IMG/VR virus record: IMGVR_UViG_3300035703_000034
Coordinates: 42,381-106,380 of that record
DNA length: 64,000 bases
Source: a virus
Direction: 5' to 3' (one strand)
The notes under the pieces were generated by a model. It was not told the origin of the DNA, searched no databases, and saw nothing but the letters and a program-made list of their open reading frames with translations. Shown here piece by piece: positions 57,351-64,000 of the stretch (position 1 is the stretch's first letter; each line of letters begins with the position of its first letter). A program made the position numbers and the translations under genes.

Positions 57351-57659
57351 ATGACCACCTCGGATGCACTGACGACCCAGGCCGCGCGCGCCGCAGACAA
57401 GACACTTGCGGTGTCGCGCGCGGAAGGCTGGGCGGATCTCGGCGACAATCTCGCCTGCTACCTGCGGGACGGCACCGTTCCGAGCGGCGTCCTGTCCGCC
57501 ATTCTGGCGAACGACCTGCTCAACGCGGTCGCACGAGCCGACCACACCACAATGGCGCACCTGCGGAGCATCGTGCAGACACTCTTCACCTACGTGCCGC
57601 GTGAGGCGTGGGGCTCCGACCAGAAGGTCGACGACTGGCTGCGCCGCTTCAGGCCCTGA
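57351..57659 (+). CDS. Conserved phage hypothetical protein
   Basis: AILANDL..AV.RAD...P..AWGS..KV..W. Confidence 0.7.
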   Translation: MTTSDALTTQAARAADKTLAVSRAEGWADLGDNLACYLRDGTVPSGVLSAILANDLLNAVARADHTTMAHLRSIVQTLFTYVPREAWGSDQKVDDWLRRFRP

Positions 57660-57681
57660 CCTTACACCCGTTAACCCCCTG

Positions 57682-57713
57682 AGCCCGTCGCGCTTTTGCG
57701 CGGCGGGCTTTTT
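57682..57713 (+). terminator. Intrinsic terminator
   Basis: AGCCCGTCGCGC-TTTT-GCGCGGCGGGCT-TTTT. Confidence 0.8.
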
Positions 57714-57732
57714 GCGTTGGAGGACCCTTCGC

Positions 57733-59496
57733 ATGCTGTTGGATCACAACACCACCGAGGTCACCCCCATCCTGGCCGCGCCTGTGATCGAAGACGTGAT
57801 CACCCCGGCCTACCTCAACCTGGACAGCGAGCTCGAGGCGCTCTACGACCTGATGCCGAACCACGTCAACCGGGCCCACCTGACGGCCGTCGTGATGCGC
57901 GGCCTCGAAGCCAAGAAGCACCTCGTGCCGGCGCTGGGACTGGGCCCGGACCACCGCGCCCGGTTCACCATCCCGGCCATCGACGCGGTCACCGCGAACC
58001 CCCGGGCGCGGGCGCTCGCCAACTTCATGCTTTCCGCCGGTCTCGTCAACAACGGTCCTGACGCCTACGCGGCGATTGCTTTGAACGAGATGGCGCTCGA
58101 CGAGAAGCGCACGATGCGTCTCACCAAGTTCTTGACCCGGGCCTTCGCCGACAAGGACAAGGGCGCCGGCCACCGGGAAGCCTGGGAGCAGACGCGGCGC
58201 AGCTACTACAACATCCCGGAAACCGAGACGTTCGAGGCCACGGTCTCGCGGGTCATGGACGAGATGGCCTCCGCGTCGATCGACGTGGTGATCTCGGCCA
58301 ACCCGCTCGACATCCTGCTCGCCAGCGAGCGCTGCGGGTACACCAGCTGCTACCAGTTCAGCGGCTGCCACGCCAACGGCGCGATCGCCTGCGCGATCGA
58401 CAGCTTCACCGTCATCGCGTTCCTGGACTCCTCGCGCTCGAAGGCGTACCCCTTCCACAAGCGCGGCCGGATGTTTGCGTACATCCCGGACTTCAAGCGG
58501 TTCGTCATCGCCAACACCTATGGCAACGTCGCGACCGCCCAGGTCCGCCTCATCAGTGAACGCATCAGCACGGCGCTCGCCCAGCACCTGGCGCTGCCCA
58601 ACACCTGGAAGGCGAAGAGCCGCGACGTCCACGGCGGCGACGACGAGGACGCGACGCTCTACTACCCGGAGGACCTGCTGGAGAACGCGGGCGGTCGTTC
58701 CGTGACCCACACGGCGCACGACCAGTTCCCGGTCTACTTCGACGCGCCGGTCAGCCGCGTGGTGGTGCACAAGAGCGTGCTGACGGAGGGCGCGCCCAAG
58801 GTGCGCGACCACCGTCCGCTGCTCTCGTTCGAGGATGCGATCTGCCTGGTCTGCGGCACGCGCACGTGCCACAACGAGGGGTTGGCGTGCGGGGCGTGCC
58901 GCAGGCCCGCGCACAGCTGCTGCGAGTGCGGCAACGACCTGGACGAGGACTACGTCGAGAACTGGAACGACAACACCTATTGCAGCGGCTGTCTCGGGGA
59001 CGTCACGTTCATCTGCGACTGCTGCGACGAACGGCACTCGAACGAGGCGTCCAACTCGACTGTACGCTCCGGGCTGGTCTGCGACAGCTGTTTCGAGGAC
59101 GACTTCATCCAGTGTGAGGACTGCGAAGAAGGCGATCGCCACGACTACAGCTGCCACATCGCCGGTCACGGCCACGTGTGTCGGAACTGCGCGCACGACT
59201 ACGGCCGTTGCTCGGACTGCGGCGATCGTTACGCCTCGCTGACACCGGTCGGGGCCATCAACGGCGTCACGGGCGACTACAGGCTCTGCGACGGCTGCCG
59301 GGAGCGGCACGCCGACTGCGCAGAGTGCAGCGAGACGTGGGAGGTCGCGCACCTGCAGCACCACGAAGACGACGACGCGCCCATCTGCCCCGACTGCTAC
59401 CGGGACCGCACGGCAACCGACACGACTCCGAACGAGACCCCCGAATCGGCCGCCGACGACGGCGCGGCCGACCCCGACAGCGCCCCTGCGGCGTAG
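57733..59496 (+). CDS. Large protein with C-terminal tandem CxxC Zn-finger repeats
   Basis: GGAGG SD; ISANPLD.L.AS...TSC motif; about 12 CxxC pairs. Confidence 0.75.
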   Translation: MLLDHNTTEVTPILAAPVIEDVITPAYLNLDSELEALYDLMPNHVNRAHLTAVVMRGLEAKKHLVPALGLGPDHRARFTIPAIDAVTANPRARALANFMLSAGLVNNGPDAYAAIALNEMALDEKRTMRLTKFLTRAFADKDKGAGHREAWEQTRRSYYNIPETETFEATVSRVMDEMASASIDVVISANPLDILLASERCGYTSCYQFSGCHANGAIACAIDSFTVIAFLDSSRSKAYPFHKRGRMFAYIPDFKRFVIANTYGNVATAQVRLISERISTALAQHLALPNTWKAKSRDVHGGDDEDATLYYPEDLLENAGGRSVTHTAHDQFPVYFDAPVSRVVVHKSVLTEGAPKVRDHRPLLSFEDAICLVCGTRTCHNEGLACGACRRPAHSCCECGNDLDEDYVENWNDNTYCSGCLGDVTFICDCCDERHSNEASNSTVRSGLVCDSCFEDDFIQCEDCEEGDRHDYSCHIAGHGHVCRNCAHDYGRCSDCGDRYASLTPVGAINGVTGDYRLCDGCRERHADCAECSETWEVAHLQHHEDDDAPICPDCYRDRTATDTTPNETPESAADDGAADPDSAPAA

Positions 59497-59509
59497 GAAG
59501 GAGCACACG

Positions 59510-60661
59510 ATGCGTGCCAACCACCCGGTGTGCCAGCTCCTCACGATGGAGCTCGGCGCGGCTTTCGAGCACGTCTTCGACGTGCTCTCCGAGCTCAACT
59601 ACGAGGTCCACACGGACTTCGACCACTACATCTTCGGCGTTCCGGCGGGCGCGGTGAGCCCCGTGATGCTCGTGGCGCACCTCGACACGCTGGTGCCCAA
59701 GGACCGCCAGACGGGCATGCACCTCAAGCCCGTCGAGCTTGTCTTGCAGCATGACGTGCTGACCAACGCCAACGGCGTGCTCGGCGCCGATGACCGTGCC
59801 GGCGTCTACGCCGTGCTCGAGGCGGCTCGGCAGGCCACGGTCAAGCCCCTGGTGCTCTTCACGAACTACGAGGAGGTGGGCGGCCTCGGCGTGAAGCGGT
59901 TCATCGCCGACGAGTTGCTCGTGCCGTACGTCGCGCAGCTCCGGCTCTTCATCGAGCCGGACCGCAAGGGCTTCGACGAGTACGTCTACTACAGCTGGAC
60001 GCTGCCGAGCGAGGTCAGCGCCTTCGTGGAGCGCTTCGGTTTCAACGCGGACCACGGCTCCTACTCCGACGTGAAGGACCTCACGGAGGCGTACCGGGTG
60101 CCGCACGTGAACCTGAGCGTGGGCTACCTCAACCAGCACAGCAAGGACGAGCGGCTGAACCTCACGGCGCTCGACCGCACGGTCGGGTGCCTGGCGGAGA
60201 TGCTCGCGGCCGCGGAGACGCTGCCGCTCACCCGCGTGCCGGACGCCCCGCCGCTGCGGAGCTTCGGCACCGGGCTGCACCAGTTCTACGACTGGGGCGG
60301 CACGGGCACGCGGAAGCGGGGAAAGGCCGCGAGGGTCATCGAAGAAGAGGAGGACGGTTTCGACGACACGTGGCTGATGCAGCGCGACCGGTTCGACGCC
60401 TTTGCCGCCGTCGACCCGCTCGATCACCTGGGTCCCGAAGCCTTCGAGATGGCCTTGTGGCTTTGCGACGACGGGTTCGACGCAGAATGCTTCGCGGAGC
60501 TGAACGACGAGGACGTGCTGCAGGTGTTCTGGAGTGCCACCAGCGACGTCGAGCTCGACCAGCTGGAGGCGGCCGGCCGGCCGCCGCTCTCACCAGCACT
60601 GCTGTCGGCGTTGGGCTTGCTCGTAGACGACGTGGCCGACGAGCCCGCGCGCGTAAAGTGA
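59510..60661 (+). CDS. M28/M20-family Zn peptidase
   Basis: AHLDT, GADDRAG, EEVG, GSYSD, NLSVGY..QH. Confidence 0.85.
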   Translation: MRANHPVCQLLTMELGAAFEHVFDVLSELNYEVHTDFDHYIFGVPAGAVSPVMLVAHLDTLVPKDRQTGMHLKPVELVLQHDVLTNANGVLGADDRAGVYAVLEAARQATVKPLVLFTNYEEVGGLGVKRFIADELLVPYVAQLRLFIEPDRKGFDEYVYYSWTLPSEVSAFVERFGFNADHGSYSDVKDLTEAYRVPHVNLSVGYLNQHSKDERLNLTALDRTVGCLAEMLAAAETLPLTRVPDAPPLRSFGTGLHQFYDWGGTGTRKRGKAARVIEEEEDGFDDTWLMQRDRFDAFAAVDPLDHLGPEAFEMALWLCDDGFDAECFAELNDEDVLQVFWSATSDVELDQLEAAGRPPLSPALLSALGLLVDDVADEPARVK

Positions 60662-60680
60662 ACAGAAAGGGAGGCACACG

Positions 60681-61202
60681 ATGAGCAAACGACTGGAAGC
60701 GCAGCACCAGGCTGAGGTGCTGCGGAAGGCGGGGTTCACGGTCGTCCTGGACCCCGTTTATCTCGACCGACTCGACACGGCGACGGACGACTTGGACTTC
60801 GCCGACCTCACCGACCACATTCTGGTGGAGATTGAAAAGGACGGGGCGCGTCTCCAGGCACTCTCGCTGGGCGATCGCCGGGTGGAACTGGTCGACGTCA
60901 CGCCCGGCTGCGAACATGTTGTCGTGGCGAGGTGGTGCAATCAGCGACTTCCAGAGGCCGTTCTTCTCCTGCTGCGGCAGTTCGGAGACGGCCAGGGCTT
61001 CGAGTTCGCCGGACGGGTGTACGAGGTTTGCGTTCACAACAACGGGCGGTTCGAGGACTTCGTGCGGCTTCCGGGCGAACCGTGGTCGTCGATCGGGGTG
61101 TACTTCAGCGTGCCGCTGCCGAACGAACTAGCTGTCACGCTCAACAAGCTCGCAGCGCGGACCCTGACCCGGTCCGCGGCGGATGGAGGAAAAAATGCCT
61201 AA
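60681..61202 (+). CDS. Hypothetical protein
   Basis: GGAGG SD. Confidence 0.6.
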   Translation: MSKRLEAQHQAEVLRKAGFTVVLDPVYLDRLDTATDDLDFADLTDHILVEIEKDGARLQALSLGDRRVELVDVTPGCEHVVVARWCNQRLPEAVLLLLRQFGDGQGFEFAGRVYEVCVHNNGRFEDFVRLPGEPWSSIGVYFSVPLPNELAVTLNKLAARTLTRSAADGGKNA

Positions 61203-61599
61203 GCGGTTTGAAAACGAACGCTTCTTGTTTGCGTACATGCATCATCTGCTTGGTTCCGCGAGCTCTGCCAGGCTGATTCGACAGCTTGCGGGCAACATGG
61301 CAGAGTACGGCTACATCGAGCGGTGCGACGACGGCAGTTACACGTGGTCCGACTTCGCCGACTGGGGCTGGCTGGTATGGCAAGCGCAGCTGCAGGTGGG
61401 GCGTGCGCACGCGGCGAAACCCCGGTACGAGGTGCGCTTCCCCGTGCGTCACAAAGAGAAGCCGCACAAGGGCTGGCTTCAAACCGCCAGCCTGCATCCG
61501 TCGCTTGATGCCGCGTTCGAGGAGGCGCAGCAGTTGAGTCGTTGGCATGCTTATGTCTGGGACAGACAAGCAGGGTGCCGCGTCGACAGGTGTGCGTGA
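61195..61599 (+). CDS. Hypothetical protein
   Basis: GGAGG SD then ATG. Confidence 0.55.
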   Translation: MPKRFENERFLFAYMHHLLGSASSARLIRQLAGNMAEYGYIERCDDGSYTWSDFADWGWLVWQAQLQVGRAHAAKPRYEVRFPVRHKEKPHKGWLQTASLHPSLDAAFEEAQQLSRWHAYVWDRQAGCRVDRCA

Positions 61600-61614
61600 A
61601 CCCCGTGCCCTCTT

Positions 61615-61632
61615 GGATAATCACTATTATCC
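61615..61632. promoter_or_regulatory. Palindrome GGATAAT-CACT-ATTATCC (operator/promoter)
   Basis: Just upstream of the AAAGGAG SD of the paralog array. Confidence 0.55.
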
Positions 61633-61650
61633 CAAAGAAAGGAGCAAGAT

Positions 61651-61926
61651 GTGCTCGACCTAGAACCCATCAAGAAGAAGCTCGCCGCCAGGGCGTCAGA
61701 CCCCCTGGTGACGTACTGGGACAGCACCCGCCTGGCAAGCCAGACAGACATCGACCACGCGGACATCGCCGAAATGGTGAAGGAGCTGGAAGCCTTGCGG
61801 CTGCGCGCCGAGGGCGAGATGCGTCGCATGTGGGCGTTGGTGGATGCAGCCACCGCCCACCGAGAGGCGTTGAAAGACAACCCGCGGCCCGAAGACCTGG
61901 CGCTGTGGGAGGTGCTCGGTGCTTGA
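61651..61926 (+). CDS. Modular paralog 1 (MLDLEPIK...; Ead/Ea22-like N-terminus)
   Basis: Shared MLDLxPIKxxLA, [LM]VxE[VL]ExLR and LWE motifs. Confidence 0.7.
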   Translation: MLDLEPIKKKLAARASDPLVTYWDSTRLASQTDIDHADIAEMVKELEALRLRAEGEMRRMWALVDAATAHREALKDNPRPEDLALWEVLGA

Positions 61927-62323
61927 CCTAAAACCCATCCAAGACCGCCTGGCCGGGATCACACCCGGCACGTGGCGGCACGAAACAACGGGTGTCGCGC
62001 ACAGCGGCATCCGAACCGACTACGGCTGGTTGTACGCGAACGACGGCGCGACCGAGGCCGACAACCAGTTTGTCGCCAACGCCCCCGCCGACATTGCTGC
62101 TCTGATGACTGAGGTCGAGCGGCTGAAACGTGCGCTTCGGGAAACCACCGCGTTCAAGCAAAGTTACAACGACCACAACGCGCAGCTGTGGCACGCCATC
62201 TGCAAGCACCGCGACAAGTACCAAGCGGCCTGGGACAAGGTCTACAACGATGGCCGCAAGGTTTCCCGTACCTACCGCATCGCGGCAGCAGATGCAGAGC
62301 TGTGGAGTGTCCTAGATGATTGA
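61919..62323 (+). CDS. Modular paralog 2 (Ead/Ea22-like)
   Basis: TPGTW...ADNQFVANAP.DI.ALM.EVERL. Confidence 0.7.
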   Translation: MLDLKPIQDRLAGITPGTWRHETTGVAHSGIRTDYGWLYANDGATEADNQFVANAPADIAALMTEVERLKRALRETTAFKQSYNDHNAQLWHAICKHRDKYQAAWDKVYNDGRKVSRTYRIAAADAELWSVLDD

Positions 62324-62600
62324 TCTTGAAGCACTGAAAGCCCGGCTGGCGGAGACGCCCCGGCCGTGGTTTTGGACGCCGGACGGCGGCATCGCTGACC
62401 AGCAGTTCGACCTCGGCGAGCTTGTGGCCGAAGTCGAGCGTTTGCGCGCCGAGGTCGCCCATCTTCGGAAGACCCAGGAGATCCGAATGGCGCACATGTG
62501 GCGGGTGCACGAGGCCGTTTCGGCCCACCAGCGGGCGCTGCACGACCGGGCCCGCCCGGAAGACTTGGCAATGTGGGAGGCGACCTACGATGAACCTTGA
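62316..62600 (+). CDS. Modular paralog 3
   Basis: [12 protein letters not shown]; [11 protein letters not shown] module. Confidence 0.7.
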   Translation: MIDLEALKARLAETPRPWFWTPDGGIADQQFDLGELVAEVERLRAEVAHLRKTQEIRMAHMWRVHEAVSAHQRALHDRARPEDLAMWEATYDEP

Positions 62601-62760
62601 ACCTATTAAAGCCCGGCTGGCGTCTGCTGACCCAAAGGACTGGCGCGCGTATAACGCGCAATGCCAGGCGCTTTTTGTCATGCACCAGCGTCAAGACATG
62701 TTTGCTCTGGTGGCCGAGGTGGAGCGGCTGCGGGCGGATAAGGAGTTCAGTCATGATTGA
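62590..62760 (+). CDS. Modular paralog 4
   Basis: [11 protein letters not shown]...[10 protein letters not shown]. Confidence 0.65.
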   Translation: MNLEPIKARLASADPKDWRAYNAQCQALFVMHQRQDMFALVAEVERLRADKEFSHD

Positions 62761-63196
62761 AATCAAGAACAAGGCGGGCGACGTGCTTCACGTCGTCCCT
62801 GGTGACACGCTGACCGAGGCAGACCTGACCGAGGCAAACCTGACCGGAGCAAACCTGGCCGGGGCAAACCTGACTAGGGCAGACCTGTACAGGGCAAACC
62901 TGGCCGGGGCAAACCTGACTAGGGCAGACCTGAACAGGGCAGACCTGACCGGAGCAGACCTGACCGAGGCAAACCTGACCGGAGCAGACCTGGCCGGGGC
63001 AAACCTGACTAGGGCAGACCTGACCGAGGCAGACCTGACTGGGGCAGACCTGACCGAGGCAGACCTGACTAAGGCAAGCGTGTACAAGGCAGACCTGACT
63101 GGGGCAAACCTGACCGGAGCAAACCTGGCCGGGGCAAACCTGACTAGGGCAGACCTGACCGAGGCCATCGGCCTCCCGGAGGTGCTTGATGCTTGA
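62753..63196 (+). CDS. Pentapeptide repeat protein
   Basis: A[DN]LTx repeats encoded by near-identical 15-bp units; N-terminus like 38732 gene. Confidence 0.9.
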   Translation: MIEIKNKAGDVLHVVPGDTLTEADLTEANLTGANLAGANLTRADLYRANLAGANLTRADLNRADLTGADLTEANLTGADLAGANLTRADLTEADLTGADLTEADLTKASVYKADLTGANLTGANLAGANLTRADLTEAIGLPEVLDA

Positions 63197-63500
63197 CCTA
63201 GGCCCCATCAAGGCGCGGCTTAACGGCGTGTCGCGTGGTCTGTCGCTTGGTGATGCTTGGTTTATTGATCCACTTGATCTAAATCACTGCGATGCAAAGT
63301 TCGTGGCTCATTCCGTTTATGACGTTTTGCGGCTGGTGGAAGAGGTGGAGCGGTTACAAAAAGAGTTGCAAGACGCTACGCGTCGGCGTTTCGAGCTTGT
63401 GGTCGCCATTCAAACGCACAAGCACGAGGCACAGGCCGCAACCACCGTGCAAGACCTGGGTCTGGCGACAGCAAAGCTGTGGGAGGTGCTCGATGCTTGA
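63189..63500 (+). CDS. Modular paralog 5
   Basis: [11 protein letters not shown]...DAKFVAH...LVEEVERL...LWEVLDA. Confidence 0.7.
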   Translation: MLDLGPIKARLNGVSRGLSLGDAWFIDPLDLNHCDAKFVAHSVYDVLRLVEEVERLQKELQDATRRRFELVVAIQTHKHEAQAATTVQDLGLATAKLWEVLDA

Positions 63501-63762
63501 CCTTGACCCCATTAAAGGCCGGCTGGCGGCGTCAAGGAGTAGCAGGTTCTTAGACGCCGGCAATCAGGCCCTCATTCACCATGCAAAAGGTGACATCGCC
63601 GCTCTAGTGGCCGAGGTCGAGCGGCTTCGAGCGGCTGAAGAAACAAGAGTCGCCCACATGTGGCGGGTGCATGAGGCCGTTTCGACCCACCAGCAGGCCT
63701 TGAAGGACCAGGCCCGCCCGGAAGACTTGGCACTGTGGGAGGCCACCTACGACGAACGGTGA
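63493..63762 (+). CDS. Modular paralog 6
   Basis: [12 protein letters not shown]...[10 protein letters not shown]...[11 protein letters not shown]. Confidence 0.7.
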   Translation: MLDLDPIKGRLAASRSSRFLDAGNQALIHHAKGDIAALVAEVERLRAAEETRVAHMWRVHEAVSTHQQALKDQARPEDLALWEATYDER

Positions 63763-63778
63763 CGGCTCAGCCCACCCA

Positions 63779-63794
63779 GATAATTGAAATTATC
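63779..63794. promoter_or_regulatory. Palindrome GATAAT-TGAA-ATTATC (operator/promoter)
   Basis: Same arms and spacing as 61616-61631; again upstream of an AAAGGAG SD. Confidence 0.55.
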
Positions 63795-63814
63795 GCGACG
63801 AAAGGAGCGAGACC

Positions 63815-64000
63815 ATGCAACCCACCCACGTCACCAAGTCGGTCCTCGACACCGAGGCCGTTCGGTTGGGCACAGAAGCCCTCCTGCCGCTGGCAGCCAC
63901 GACAGAGCTGCGTCCGCTGCACGACCTGCTGAAGCAGGTCCACGCGCTGGCGGTCGCCCTCGGCGAGCAGAACGACCCTCGGCAGCACTGGCAAGGCGAC
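63815..64000 (+). CDS. Hypothetical protein, truncated by window end
   Basis: AAAGGAG SD then ATG; open to the end. Confidence 0.5.
   Translation, partial: MQPTHVTKSVLDTEAVRLGTEALLPLAATTELRPLHDLLKQVHALAVALGEQNDPRQHWQGD

Noticed and set aside
61616-61631. Canonical Fur box
   Set aside because: Half-site spacing N4 does not fit the 7-1-7 or 19-bp consensus; kept only as an unassigned palindrome
62493-63760. DGR template/variable repeat pair (paralogs 3 and 6)
   Set aside because: Differences are not adenine-specific, both copies are coding, and there is no reverse transcriptase in the window

Overview
High-GC segment of a large, probably uncultured contractile-tailed (myovirus-type) dsDNA phage. 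Bases 1-34370 are a virion morphogenesis region. It has Gly-zipper internal head proteins, a Zn-finger prohead protease, scaffold-like paralogs, a capsid decoration protein and major capsid protein, neck proteins, two tail-tube paralogs, a tail sheath, a phage sigma70-type factor, a portal, a gp5-like spike and gp25/J-like baseplate genes. Many head-associated proteins share a K-x-A-[A/S/G] motif, and a (GCT)GATAAT motif lies upstream of several structural genes. Bases ~34400-37100 are an island of very dense plus-strand RNA secondary structure: a ~560-nt ORF-free candidate ncRNA ending in a terminator, a complete type III hammerhead ribozyme (35318-35378), a 35-bp G-U-containing duplex, and further multibranch structures between small ORFs. 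Bases 37100-64000 are a co-oriented accessory/early region. It includes a P-loop kinase, pentapeptide repeat proteins, RadC/JAB, a lone HsdS-like TRD, a MoxR/RavA AAA+ with a VWA partner, an inverted rep-like plus MerR-like pair, an M48 lipoprotein protease, a Rad52-like annealase, a Cys-rich protein with an M28 peptidase, and a terminal array of modular paralogs with shared junction sequences between two GATAAT-N4-ATTATC palindromes. I saw no tRNA, rRNA, CRISPR array, terminase or reverse transcriptase. All calls come from reading motifs by eye; no database searches or folding programs were run.
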